Source of the DNA: a virus
IMG/VR virus record: IMGVR_UViG_3300034071_001262
Length of the DNA stretch: 64,000 bases
Strand: one strand, 5' to 3'
In this document: positions 19,378 to 31,000 of the stretch, in pieces
Layout: each line of letters starts with the position of its first letter
Numbering within the stretch: position 1 is the stretch's first letter
Notes under the pieces: model-generated
Told to the model about the DNA's origin: nothing
Databases searched by the model: none
Seen by the model: the letters and a program-made list of their open reading frames with translations, nothing else
Program-made: the position numbers and the translations under genes

Positions 19378-22300
19378 TTAATATGGTGTGTTAGATGTAT
19401 TACTATCATCACAATCTGGTATAGCCGCTATTAAATAGTAAGTATTACCAATTTTTACATATATGGCACTTCCTTGCGAAACATTAGTCCAAGGATTTAA
19501 AACAATATCTATAGTGCCTTTACTGCTTGGTGGCCCACCACCGACTCTTGTTACACTTTTATTTTGTCCTTTTGCCCACTTACCCGAAAAATTACCTATA
19601 TAAATACTATCATATTGTTGTACAGAAATAATATAGTATTGATTACCAATCTTTGTAAAGGCACAGACTTGATTGCTAGCACCGGGTTCTCCTATTTCGT
19701 CATAAATAAGATTTATTGCTTGCACTTCGGAGTCTTCTGGATTTGGCTGTGGATGGGTTTGAGTAACTGTTACACTATTGCCCTTTTTCCATGAACTATT
19801 GAAAGTACCAAATCTAGTAGATGGTTCATTATCGGCAGATATTAAATAATACTCATCATCTATTTTTGTAAAACTACACCAATGCTGTTTAGTACCATCA
19901 ATGCCTACTTCATTAAAAATTTTATTTAGCACAGTATAATCTGGTCCATCATCGCCCGGCTCTGGATATACCTGTGTTACTTCCTTTTCTTCATTTATTC
20001 TCCATTTGTCACCAAAATATCCTATTCTTAATTCAGAACCAGTTTCTTCTGCTGCGACTAATAAATATTTATCTGATTCACCTTGACCCAAATCATCTCC
20101 ATGAGCGGGGGCTAGTCTAACAAAATGACAATAATTTGGTGTATTATTTCCAGAGGAACCAAGTTTTTCATAGATCAAATTTTCAACATTGAATTCGGTA
20201 TTTCCACCGATCTGTCTAGGAGTGGTAACTGTAACTGTTTTAAATTCATTTTTTTTCCACTCACCAGTGAATGTGCCAAAATAATTTTCATTTCTTGGCT
20301 GTATAGAAATAAGATCATATCTATCATCTATTTTAGTAAAACAACAATAATTACGAACACCACCAAATTCTCCAGCCCTATCAAAAACTCCATTTCTAAC
20401 TTCTACTGGTTGTTGATCTTGTGGATCTGGTTGTGGATATAATTGAAAAACTGCTAATGTTTGCCCACGTTTAGCTTCCCCTGTAAAATAACCAAAAAAT
20501 ATTTGATTAGTTTGTTGTTCAACAGAAACTAAATAATAAGTATCTTCTATTTTAGTAAATGAACATGTAGTTTGTTGGTTATTTGGTTTATGGATATCTG
20601 ATTCATAGAGTAGATTTCTAACGGTTACCTCTTCCTTGCCTTCTTCTGGATCTGGCTTAGTTTGTCTTACTGTTTTATCTTCATTTAATTTCCACTTACC
20701 ACTAAAGTAGCCAAAAAATAATGGCGATGATTCTTCTTCTGCTGCTACTAATAAATATCGATCCGGTTCAGTAAGTCCAAGATTGCTTCCGTATGCTGGT
20801 GCTAATTTTATGAAATAACAATATCTAGGTTTATCATCTTGTGACGATCCTATTGTGGTATAAATAAGATTTTCTACTTCATATGTATCATTTGCAGCGT
20901 CCGGTCTTGGTACAACAACTTTAACAGATTTTTTTTCCGTTTTTTTCCACTCTCCGGTAAATGTACCAAAGTAATGTTGATTACGCTGCTGTATAGATAT
21001 TAACTCATACTTATCACCTATTTTAGTATATGAGCAATAATTTTTGATTCCATCTACTTCACCTGCGCGATCAAAAAGATTATTTTCAACAGTAACAGAT
21101 CCATCCTCTGGATCTGGCTCTGGATATAACTGAAAGACTTCTAATGGCACACCACGTTTAGCATCGTTAGTAAAATAACCAATATACATTTCGGGTTGCT
21201 GTTCAACTGATACTAAATAATATTCATCTTCTATCTTTGTAAAGGAACATGTTGTTTGTTCGTTTTCGGGTTTGTGTATATCCTTTTCAAAAAGTATATT
21301 TTTTACTTCTACTTCTTCTTTGCCCGGTTCTGGCTCTGGCTTGGTTTGTCTAACAGTTTTGGTATCGTTTAATTCCCATTTACCACTAAAATATCCATAA
21401 AGCACTTCAGACGCTTTTTGTTCTACGGAAATAAGATAATATCTTTCTTGTTCTGGAACATATATAAAAGAACAAGTGGTACGTTCTTCTTTTACTCCAA
21501 CGCTCTCAAATAAGTTATTATATACTTGAACTTCTTCTTTACCCTGTTCTGGTTCTGGAATTGTTTGTCTAACAGTTTTTAAATCCAGCTTTTTCCAATC
21601 ATCATCAAAATATCCAAAATAAACCACAAATTTACTTGTGGCCCATAGAAGCACCCACTCATAGTTAATTCTTGCACAAATTACAAATATTTTTTCTTCT
21701 TCTATTTCTTTATCTGATATGGTTAGTTCAAAATTTTTATCTCTATTTATACATTGAATTTCTTCTCCTAAGTCGCTAGTAAGTTGACCATTAATCCTTC
21801 TTAGAACTTTTACTTTAAATGTGGTGCCTGCTAATACACCATTAGGAGGTCTAATTCTTTGTTGTAATACACCATATACTAATTGATATCCACCGGTCCA
21901 TATTTGTCTTTCATCATCCCACATTACGTGTAATGGTCCTGTTTTCCATGATGATCTTTGATTAACAAGGCTAGGATTAAAATCTGTACCATTAGTCGTG
22001 GGAACGGGCATACCGGCAATATCATATCCCCATCCAGAAAGAATTAATGGAGATCTTAGCCCCTGTGTCTTAATTTGACTTATTGAAGATCTATTTGAAT
22101 TTTTTTTGATATTGAAATCAACCGATGGAGCATGAACAACTAAATTATAGTCACAATTAGCTATAAAATTACTACCATTATCACCAAATATAACCGGAAA
22201 ATAAGGATTTAGTTCTAATATAGTTGGACCAACTGACTCATTATTAAACATTCCTTTTTCGAAACTTGGAGTTAGTGGTTGTGCAAAACCGGGACCGGGA

Positions 22301-22431
22301 GCAGAACTACCTTTGATAATATTGATTGGAGTAAATATCTGCTCCATAGAGCATCCAGCAGAATATTCTAAATTTTGAGCCATTACATATGACCCAGCTT
22401 TTGCTGTTGATGAATTAATCTCTATTGGCAT
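19378..22431 (-). CDS. Tail-tip/receptor-binding candidate with ten tandem ~70-aa repeats
   Basis: N-terminal ~270 aa (GLRSPLILSGWGYD..P.P, WKTGP...WD) followed by 10 copies of (Y/F)GxFxxxW.K...V...N..(F/Y)......C.F.K....YYL(I/V)(S/A). Confidence 0.65.
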   Translation of the reverse strand: MPIEINSSTAKAGSYVMAQNLEYSAGCSMEQIFTPINIIKGSSAPGPGFAQPLTPSFEKGMFNNESVGPTILELNPYFPVIFGDNGSNFIANCDYNLVVHAPSVDFNIKKNSNRSSISQIKTQGLRSPLILSGWGYDIAGMPVPTTNGTDFNPSLVNQRSSWKTGPLHVMWDDERQIWTGGYQLVYGVLQQRIRPPNGVLAGTTFKVKVLRRINGQLTSDLGEEIQCINRDKNFELTISDKEIEEEKIFVICARINYEWVLLWATSKFVVYFGYFDDDWKKLDLKTVRQTIPEPEQGKEEVQVYNNLFESVGVKEERTTCSFIYVPEQERYYLISVEQKASEVLYGYFSGKWELNDTKTVRQTKPEPEPGKEEVEVKNILFEKDIHKPENEQTTCSFTKIEDEYYLVSVEQQPEMYIGYFTNDAKRGVPLEVFQLYPEPDPEDGSVTVENNLFDRAGEVDGIKNYCSYTKIGDKYELISIQQRNQHYFGTFTGEWKKTEKKSVKVVVPRPDAANDTYEVENLIYTTIGSSQDDKPRYCYFIKLAPAYGSNLGLTEPDRYLLVAAEEESSPLFFGYFSGKWKLNEDKTVRQTKPDPEEGKEEVTVRNLLYESDIHKPNNQQTTCSFTKIEDTYYLVSVEQQTNQIFFGYFTGEAKRGQTLAVFQLYPQPDPQDQQPVEVRNGVFDRAGEFGGVRNYCCFTKIDDRYDLISIQPRNENYFGTFTGEWKKNEFKTVTVTTPRQIGGNTEFNVENLIYEKLGSSGNNTPNYCHFVRLAPAHGDDLGQGESDKYLLVAAEETGSELRIGYFGDKWRINEEKEVTQVYPEPGDDGPDYTVLNKIFNEVGIDGTKQHWCSFTKIDDEYYLISADNEPSTRFGTFNSSWKKGNSVTVTQTHPQPNPEDSEVQAINLIYDEIGEPGASNQVCAFTKIGNQYYIISVQQYDSIYIGNFSGKWAKGQNKSVTRVGGGPPSSKGTIDIVLNPWTNVSQGSAIYVKIGNTYYLIAAIPDCDDSNTSNTPY
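19411..21630 (-). repeat. Ten imperfect ~210-bp (~70-aa) coding repeats including a duplicated three-unit block
   Basis: Units 2-4 and 5-7 match pairwise (GYFSGKW..N..KTVRQTKP / GYFT..AKRG..L.VFQLYP / GTFTGEWKK...LAPA.G..LG). Confidence 0.9.
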
Positions 22432-24773
22432 TATATTCCTCCAAGCGTTTCATTCATGTAGCTGTGAATCATAACTGGAGATTCTGATTGTGCATTATCT
22501 CTGTTCTTAAAAGAATCCCCCAGTTCTGATTTTTCAAACTTTATTTTAGGTAATGGTCTTTTTTCTATTTGTGATCTATTGCGCTGAGATAAAGCTAAAT
22601 TACCCTTATATATTTTAGCAATTCTATCAATATTTGCACTAGAAATTCTACCAAATTGACTAGTCCAACTACTGAATTTATATGTCACAGTTTCTCCACC
22701 GGGATCGGCCTTAATATCTATGCCAGAAATATATGCACTACCAGCTATTTGATCTGCAAGATTAAAAGTTGGCCGACCAACCACTTGCACACTACCAGTT
22801 TCTAATGGTACTGCTTGACTTGTTCCAGTTGTGGCTTTAGCAAAACCAACTAAATCCAAAGTATCGTAACCACCAAATGTTTCTGGTTTTAATGACTCAT
22901 CCATTACTATTTCCGACTTGCCCACTGCTCCACCTTCCCAAGCCCACCACGGACCCCAAGAATAAATATTACTTTGTTGTGGTATGCCAATTAAAGTTGG
23001 ATGCGCCATAGCTGGAGGAATAGACATATGTAAGTTGTTTCCTCCAGATGTCAAATATGAGTTTGGATTTAGCCATACCCCAAAAAATTTATATACTAAT
23101 ACTCCTATACCAAAATCAGCAGTAGTTAATCCATCATAATATGGCACTTGAGCGCCAGACTTGACTATAACATATGGATATCCACCAATATAATATAATT
23201 CTTTTTCTGGCCCACCTTTTGTAGTAGCTATACCACCATCAAGAGATGATGCCCATTCTCCACCAAAACCGCTATAATCATATAAAGAATTTTGAGGCCA
23301 TTCAGATACGCCCCTTAATCTTCCTTCTCCATCATAAAAAGCAATATCATTATATGGCACATCTGGATGAAAAGCGCTATCAACTATATCCCAAGCGGCT
23401 TCATACTGTATATCATCCTGTATATATCTAATTTGTTGATCTAATCTTAAGGGCATAAGAAACATTTGACCATAAAAATTACTTGCTACTTTGCTAACAG
23501 CAGCAAATATTAAATCAGATTGTTCTTGTAAATCTCTAAGTAATCTTTTTTGGGTCGAAGATAAACTTGTTGGTTCAGCGTCAGAAGAAACAAATCGATT
23601 GCCTCTCATTAAGTTAACTATTTGGGCTGTGACTTCTGCCTTACCTATCCAAGGAGCAGATGAAACGGTGTTGTACCCATTGCGCTCTCTGCCGGAGATA
23701 GTTTCAAACATTTTGAATGTTTCCCAAGTCTCTTTGCCCCCTGTAGCCATTCTCAATTCAAATAAAGTTGCCATATAACCAGCCTCTCCACTGTATTCAT
23801 CTAATGCTATTGGTATTGGAAAATCTGGATTACCATAGGCTGTTGGAGTAGTGACACCGGGAGTATATATATATTGTCCATTAGACAACTTTCCCCATAA
23901 TGGTATACTATTATACATATCATGTGGCACCCATCTAGAAACTGGGCCACCTATTACTAACTTCTGTGTAACTGGTAGTGCAAATTCTTCACCTACATCA
24001 CCAGACACAAGATTGGTGGCGTTTAAAACTAAGTCTGCTACTTCGCCACGACCAGAACTAGTAGATCTATTAATAGTTCTAAGACGGATTTGTGGCTTAG
24101 AAATCACATTATTGGCACCAGTTCCAAGTAATTCTACAAAATAATCTAAACCGGCCGCTTCACAGCACTCAGTTATAATAGATGCTAAACTTTGTACTGG
24201 CCCTTTTATTCTATAGTTTACACCATCAAATGCACTTATTATTTGAGATATATCTAATCCATAAGAATAAGATCCAAATACTGCTTTATTCCTATTCATT
24301 AATTCTTGCAAAGTAGTTAACAAGCTATATGCTGGAAATCCAGAACTATTAACATAAGAATTACCAAATCCATTTCTAGACTCTACTTCACCATAAACAT
24401 TGTATACGTTGCGTATTTGATCAGTAAATAATTTACCATCTTCTGGTGCATATCTATTATTGGCCCCAACTACTCGGCCATTAAAGTCATCTAATATTAC
24501 TTGAATACCATCTAGTAATTTTGCTGGAGACTCTATAATAACATCATAAAAACGACCAGAAATACTGCCTCTATATGTATATCTTTGAAATATTCCTCCA
24601 AAATAAAATGCACCATGTTGTATAAATACAGGTGTTCCCACTTCAGGTAAAGAAATAAAAATATGATTATCTGGATCTTCTACTACTGTCATTTGACATG
24701 AACCACCCTCGCCGCCCCAAGCGACTGAAGAGCTTATCTCGCTAACTAATGCACCAAACATTGTTATAGCCAT
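22431..24773 (-). CDS. Putative tail-tip/baseplate hub protein
   Basis: Position downstream of the TMP and hub paralogues; beta-rich N-terminus (SSSVAWGGEGGSCQMTVVED); ITECCEAAGLDYFVEL; TAATG coupling to the next gene. Confidence 0.5.
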   Translation of the reverse strand: MAITMFGALVSEISSSVAWGGEGGSCQMTVVEDPDNHIFISLPEVGTPVFIQHGAFYFGGIFQRYTYRGSISGRFYDVIIESPAKLLDGIQVILDDFNGRVVGANNRYAPEDGKLFTDQIRNVYNVYGEVESRNGFGNSYVNSSGFPAYSLLTTLQELMNRNKAVFGSYSYGLDISQIISAFDGVNYRIKGPVQSLASIITECCEAAGLDYFVELLGTGANNVISKPQIRLRTINRSTSSGRGEVADLVLNATNLVSGDVGEEFALPVTQKLVIGGPVSRWVPHDMYNSIPLWGKLSNGQYIYTPGVTTPTAYGNPDFPIPIALDEYSGEAGYMATLFELRMATGGKETWETFKMFETISGRERNGYNTVSSAPWIGKAEVTAQIVNLMRGNRFVSSDAEPTSLSSTQKRLLRDLQEQSDLIFAAVSKVASNFYGQMFLMPLRLDQQIRYIQDDIQYEAAWDIVDSAFHPDVPYNDIAFYDGEGRLRGVSEWPQNSLYDYSGFGGEWASSLDGGIATTKGGPEKELYYIGGYPYVIVKSGAQVPYYDGLTTADFGIGVLVYKFFGVWLNPNSYLTSGGNNLHMSIPPAMAHPTLIGIPQQSNIYSWGPWWAWEGGAVGKSEIVMDESLKPETFGGYDTLDLVGFAKATTGTSQAVPLETGSVQVVGRPTFNLADQIAGSAYISGIDIKADPGGETVTYKFSSWTSQFGRISSANIDRIAKIYKGNLALSQRNRSQIEKRPLPKIKFEKSELGDSFKNRDNAQSESPVMIHSYMNETLGGI

Positions 24774-24774
24774 A

Positions 24775-26364
24775 TTAACTTGTCCATTCTATATTTATAC
24801 TGTATGCTCCAGTTATTGGATTAAATGATTCAGAATTTGTAGAAATTAATCCAACACCACTTAAAAAACCTTTCACTGCTAATCTTCCATTTGCAAGAGT
24901 TCTTTTATTCGGTTTTAATATTATATCTATAGTCACATTTTTTTTCATCTCTTTACCGGTAGTAAATGTTTGAATAACTGGACCATTTGGTCTACCAATA
25001 ATTGGTATAATCGCCACTGGTTTTGCTTCTCCGTATGGATTGTCATATGTTTCTGTAATATTTTCAGATTGAACATAGTCTGGATCACATAAAAATTTAT
25101 CAGCAATATATGTAACAGACCAAGTAATAGTTCCATTGTTTCTATTATGACTTACACTAGTTTGTTGTTTATTATTTTTTACCTCATAAGCACTTGGTAT
25201 TAGATTGCCACTTATTCCACTATTATCGTAAGCAGATTGTGCCAAGTTAAATGCCTTACTCATATTTTTATTAATAATATTTTTCGCATTTAAATATGCA
25301 TTATTTTTTTTCTCAGTAATATTGTATGTATTTAATCCAGTAATTTCTCCACTAACTTCTATAGTTGGAGCATTTGAATTTTGATTAAAATCCACACTAG
25401 ATTGAAACGACTGTAAGCATGTACTACTATCTAATGCTAATATCCAAGTGTCTGTAACTGTACATGAGCCATTTGGTATATCTGTATTAGAATTTCTAGA
25501 ATGATTGAATGTTCTATATCTTTGTTGATTGTTTAAATCTGGTACAATTTTTTCTGAACTACCTTCAGAATTCATTTTAATTGGTTGAAATTTTATATCA
25601 TCATTTTCTATTGTGATCGAATTAATATGTTCATCAATTTTAGTATCTGTTTCTATTATATTTAAAATTCTCTTTTCGATCCAGTTTGATGCACTCCTCC
25701 AAGAATCTTTGGATAAAATGCCATTAACATATTTTTTAATTCCTGTAGCAGATAATGTTCTAGATATTGTATATGTTTTACATGCTTGATTTGATATATC
25801 ATCGTATTCATAAGAGAATTGACCTTCATTAAGATCAAATGTCCATGATTCACCGACGCTTGACAATGAGTCTGTTGGCAAAGCATGGTCATTAAAATTA
25901 TATGCCTCAAATGTAAAAGAATATTCTGTATAATGCAAACCAGAAGATTCTTCTGTCGCTTCTGGAATTTCTATATTGGTTAGTCTAGCATCATGAAATT
26001 GTAAAACATTATCAGTACCATCATATAATTCAATATCTAATGTACCCAATCCAGACATAGGCCATTTACTTCTATTAGATTGTAACTTAATTACTTGTTC
26101 GCCTATAATCTTTGATTGTCTGCCTCCCTTTACTAATATATCTGTAGCATCACTGGGTTTCATAGTGGCATATCCAGTGATATTAATGGTGTATTTTGAA
26201 TTCAAATATGATCCATCATCGGCAAAAATATCTTCTCTCGATATTGAATATGATGGAAATGGACCATATCCGCCAACCTCCATAGCACTAAAACTGGAAT
26301 CTTTACCGCCTATCACTAATTCTTCATTAATATCTGGATGATGTGAATAAAATTTAATTGCCAT
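24775..26364 (-). CDS. Putative distal-tail/hub protein, paralogue 2
   Basis: Shares GP.P.YSISRED.F..DG.Y.N.K..INITG.AT, L(S/T)S..E.W, TLSA.G and ES.NP.TGAY with the upstream gene. Confidence 0.55.
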   Translation of the reverse strand: MAIKFYSHHPDINEELVIGGKDSSFSAMEVGGYGPFPSYSISREDIFADDGSYLNSKYTINITGYATMKPSDATDILVKGGRQSKIIGEQVIKLQSNRSKWPMSGLGTLDIELYDGTDNVLQFHDARLTNIEIPEATEESSGLHYTEYSFTFEAYNFNDHALPTDSLSSVGESWTFDLNEGQFSYEYDDISNQACKTYTISRTLSATGIKKYVNGILSKDSWRSASNWIEKRILNIIETDTKIDEHINSITIENDDIKFQPIKMNSEGSSEKIVPDLNNQQRYRTFNHSRNSNTDIPNGSCTVTDTWILALDSSTCLQSFQSSVDFNQNSNAPTIEVSGEITGLNTYNITEKKNNAYLNAKNIINKNMSKAFNLAQSAYDNSGISGNLIPSAYEVKNNKQQTSVSHNRNNGTITWSVTYIADKFLCDPDYVQSENITETYDNPYGEAKPVAIIPIIGRPNGPVIQTFTTGKEMKKNVTIDIILKPNKRTLANGRLAVKGFLSGVGLISTNSESFNPITGAYSINIEWTS

Positions 26365-26373
26365 CTTGTATTC

Positions 26374-28035
26374 CTAAATATAGGTTTTTTCCAGTGTAAA
26401 ATTATATGCACCAGTTTTTGGATTCCAAGATTCTGTAGATGCTGTTATCGTTGGAGGACTATTGCTAAGTTGTGTAATTGATGGCTCATCATACGCTGTT
26501 CTACCATCTGGTTTGTTTGCCCTGCTATTAAAATCCATTACTAAATCAACAGACACACTCCATTTGCGTTCTATGGTTGTATTTGGATTATAGATAAATG
26601 GACCGCCACTTACAATTTGTATCACGGATGGTGAATCATGATAACGCTCCCCCGCATCTCCTCCCCAATCATTTTGAAACGTAAATTGTACATTTTTAGA
26701 AATTGCACCAGTAATTGTTTCAGCATCACTAAATGATAAATTCCAACTAATTACTCCATTAACTTTATCATGAGTAACTTGAAAAGATATTGGCTGAGTT
26801 TGTAATGTGCCTGTTTGAGTGCCAGCTGCATTAAAATCCCCATATTTCTCTTCTAGAAATTGACCAACCTTGCTTTGAAGAATATTTCCAATTTGATCTG
26901 CAAGTATAGAATTATATTCTGATAGTGCATTATCATACTTATCACTATTTTGTATATTAGTGCTAGCAACCTCACTAAGACCAACAATAGTTCCATTGGC
27001 ATTAACAGTTACATTAATATCATCAATAGAATTATCTATACTGACACTAATATCAGAAATAGCTTTAATATTATCTAAGGATACTAACCAAGTATCAGTA
27101 ACAGAATAAGAACCAGCACCTATATCACTACTAACAGATCTGATATGATTTCTAGCTTTATATCCGCTTAAATCAAAAAAGGATGTATTATTGTTTTCAT
27201 TCATATAGAATGCATTAAATTGATTTATTATTGCATCTGATTTATTATTATCAAATATATCTCTAGTAATTGTTTTGTTTGGATCTAGATCGTTGGTTAA
27301 TGTTCTATCTAGTCTTTCTTTTACCCATAAAACAGCTTGACGCCAAGCATATCCATTATTTTTATCTAGATCATTACCATCATATTTTGTAACACCAACA
27401 GCGCTCAAAGTATGAGTTAGCGTGTAAGTTGTATGCTGGTCATCTCCAATAAAATTTCTACCAAAAAATGCTACTTCACTACTATTTGGAGATAATTCCC
27501 AAGTTTCTTCTGCCGATGTTAAACAGTATTCTGATTTAGCTGGCGATACCGGTGCATTAGAAGCACTTGATTGACTAGCATCTTCATATGCTTCAAAAAC
27601 AAAATTATATTCTAGATATTGTGTGCCAGCACTTTCCTCATTTTGAACTGGTAATTCTATTGAAATTATTTTGGCATCATTAAAAATTAGACCACCAGAT
27701 AAACCACCATATGGAGTAATTTGTAGTTTGCCATATCCCATCATTGGTGAATTCTTATTTGACAATAACAATTTTACCGCTTCACCAGCTAAACTAGCTT
27801 GACGCGATCCTTTGGTTTGTAAATCTGACTTGCTATAAGATGCTAATGTGGCTGTTCCGGTAATATTGATATTGAATTTTGTATTCATATATGTTCCATC
27901 ACCAGTGAATAAATCTTCACGGGATATGGAATATTGTGGCATTGGGCCAATTACACCAGTTGATGCACCACCTAAAGCGGATTGTCCACCTATCAATATT
28001 GTTTGATTTGTATCATGCGATATAAATGTAATCAT
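26374..28035 (-). CDS. Putative distal-tail/hub protein, paralogue 1
   Basis: Same motif series as 24775..26364 over the full length; tail-module position. Confidence 0.55.
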   Translation of the reverse strand: MITFISHDTNQTILIGGQSALGGASTGVIGPMPQYSISREDLFTGDGTYMNTKFNINITGTATLASYSKSDLQTKGSRQASLAGEAVKLLLSNKNSPMMGYGKLQITPYGGLSGGLIFNDAKIISIELPVQNEESAGTQYLEYNFVFEAYEDASQSSASNAPVSPAKSEYCLTSAEETWELSPNSSEVAFFGRNFIGDDQHTTYTLTHTLSAVGVTKYDGNDLDKNNGYAWRQAVLWVKERLDRTLTNDLDPNKTITRDIFDNNKSDAIINQFNAFYMNENNNTSFFDLSGYKARNHIRSVSSDIGAGSYSVTDTWLVSLDNIKAISDISVSIDNSIDDINVTVNANGTIVGLSEVASTNIQNSDKYDNALSEYNSILADQIGNILQSKVGQFLEEKYGDFNAAGTQTGTLQTQPISFQVTHDKVNGVISWNLSFSDAETITGAISKNVQFTFQNDWGGDAGERYHDSPSVIQIVSGGPFIYNPNTTIERKWSVSVDLVMDFNSRANKPDGRTAYDEPSITQLSNSPPTITASTESWNPKTGAYNFTLEKTYI

Positions 28036-28038
28036 ATA

Positions 28039-31000
28039 TTACTCTAAATAACCTCTAGTAGTTAGTGTGGTCAGATTGCTTTGTGGTTGTTCAATGTATA
28101 ACGAAAAAGTTCCAGTAGATGGTGTTGGTCCTAATACACACAAATCAGTAGATCCACTACCATAAAATGCTCCACTAATTGCTGTAGTAATTGTAGAAGT
28201 TGGATTTAAATCCTTAATAAATAGTCCTAGCGCATTAGCAGTTGGTCTTTCCATATAAAGCGACATACCACTAGCATTCGCAATACTGCCAACAACATTT
28301 AGTGTTTGATATTTTTCAGAGGCAAAAAATGAGCCTGCATCATTGTTACCAGTAATTGTTGTTATTAAATATCCAGAATGTATGTATGCGCCATCTTCTG
28401 AGATTTCTGGAATTGGTGCAGAAATAAATATGGTGGCATCTGTGTTTAAGTATTCACGATCTGGACCGTTTATATATAACGAATGAGAATCAAATGTGTC
28501 ATAAACAGACGATGGTCTAGCGTTGATGTGCAGAGTATTGCCTACTGCCTTATATTCAGATCCAGAGGAAACTACAAAACTGTCAATAAATATTGATGTT
28601 GCATTATTGGCGTATGCGTCTTTGCCAATAAATAGTGGTGTTGTTCTATATATGTCGCCAAGTATAGCGCCGCTAGTACTAAAGAACATGCCGCTATTAT
28701 TAATTATATCATATCCAACAATAACTGTATTTATACCAGTGGCTCTATTGATATGCCCGGTTACAATTAAACTAGCTGAATTATTGTCCATAAATATTCC
28801 ACTAGTTGTTAGTGTTGTATTTATGGTTGCGTTAGTATATCCTCTAGTATACAATTTAGCTGTATTAGTGCGTATATTTTGTCCATAAGTATTTAAATTA
28901 ATACCAGACGCGCTATTAATTGCTGATGATGTCCATAATGTAGTATTGATGTTATATATATCTTTACCAGTAATATTGGTTGTAAATTCATCAGAATTAA
29001 TTTGTATTTGCGAACTAATATATAGGGTGGTTGCGTTGTCGTTGACATATTCTATATGTAATGGCATATCGCCCAAGCCAAAATTACTAGCAGCTACTAA
29101 ACTTAATCCACTAGATATAATTTCTTTACCATAAATGCTAGTTAATAAAGTATCATTTAGTATCTCATGTGATAGTGTTTGTAATGTTAAAGTGTTGTTT
29201 TTTGCCGGTGGACCGCCAATAAATAATGTAAATCCAATTGGCTGAACATCCATTATAAATACTTTTTGTAAATCAAATGTGAAATTAGAATTATCGCTAC
29301 GTGTTCTAAATTCTCTTACTAGGCCCAGCTTTCTAGTTGAATTACCAAAATTTAGCCTCTTCATAGATAATACATGCTGAGATCTGGTTGTTATTGATGG
29401 GTTGATCAATACTGGATCATATGGTTTAGTTTCGTTTTCTATGTTGGCTCTAGCTTCATTAAGAGTAGTATATTCTGATTGAGTATAAGCTAAACTAGCA
29501 ACTAATGTTGAGCCATTTGACAAATTATGTATCAATCCATTGCCAGCAGAAGAATTGGAAAAAGTTATCGGTGTATTTTTATCTATAAGTACTATATATG
29601 AGCCAAAATTATTTTGACTATTTAATGTATAACCAAGCGGCAAAGAAATATCATTAATAGAATACTGATCTAATAGAGCGATATTAGAGCCTTCAATATT
29701 AAATAAATAAACTTTTCCACCATTAATCTCATTAGAGCCAGAGCCACCGGGTTCAGATATCGCGGTATTACCATCCATGTAATCAAAATCAAAACCAAAT
29801 AAGCAATATTCTTTATCTTCGATTCCCGAACTAGTATAGTTATTTAGATTTGCTATCACATTGGAAGATGTATTGCCTTTACCATACATGGCACCAACAT
29901 AATTCCAAGTAGAAGATCCAGTTGGAAGACGATATATATAAACTGCACCAATCGCATTTGGATTATGTGGTTGTGTTAATGTATTAAATACAAATGGGTC
30001 AAATAATTGTGCGCCAATCAACATAATATGACTGTCAGAACGATATTCATTATATATCTTTAATGGAATACCAAAACCAGCTTTCTTTCTAGAATCAGAA
30101 ATATATGGTGAATTATTTGTATTTGTATAATATTGAACATCTGGATGTTCTGCATAATCTATAACTACTTGTAATGAACTATAATTTTCGCTAGCTAACA
30201 ATCTACAAATTTGCCCCCATTGTCCATTATGTCTTTCGAAATATAAATCATCTTGACAGAATGCAAGATTGTATGCTGCGGAATATTTGCTTTGATCGTT
30301 TCCACTTTCTTGTAGAATATAATAATGATAATGATCTACATAATAAGTTGTTTGACCTACAAATGATGTAACATTAGATGTTCCTGTCTGTAAATCAGAC
30401 AGTTTGAATAATATAATTACATTGAACGTTTTTGTTTCATTCGTGGTTCCAACACTATAATACAGTCTTACTCGTAAAGAAATTGCACAAGTATTAAAAT
30501 CAGAAATCTTCAAATCGTTAACGACTATAGAAGATAAAGAATCATCAATGTTAGAATTAGAAAACACACCAGAGAAATATGACTTTAATTGTCTTCTAAT
30601 AGTAACAAATGAATCACCAAATGGTAAATCAGTTATACCATTTTTACCATATAATGAATCTGATGCTTCCGATGTGCCGGGAACAACTTTTGCCAAGCCC
30701 ATGCTAATTTTAGATATAAATTGTACATTCTTGTTATCTACTATTTTATAGATATCTATATCTGCGATATCTTCATTTTTACTTCCGAGAACAAAATATC
30801 TGCCATTAGAATCATATATATCGCGTTTTAATAAGTGATTCAACTGCCCAAAATTTGTTATAGATTCGTCACGATAAAATGCTCTTGTTGCATTATTATC
30901 AACATCACTGATCTGTGTAATGTATGCCGCATTATTACTTTCTAGTAACTTATTTTGTGAACCGAGATATACATTTGTCGCAGAAATCGATTTTGTTTTT

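Noticed and set aside
19378-22431. Repeats as a diversity-generating retroelement TR/VR pair or an invertible shufflon
   Set aside because: No reverse transcriptase or invertase is in the window; the copies differ at all base types rather than only at adenines, and all are direct, in-frame repeats.
19378-24773. 780-aa and 1017-aa genes as one frameshifted or pseudogenised gene
   Set aside because: The junction is a standard TAATG stop-start overlap with a GGAGG RBS in front of the second ATG.
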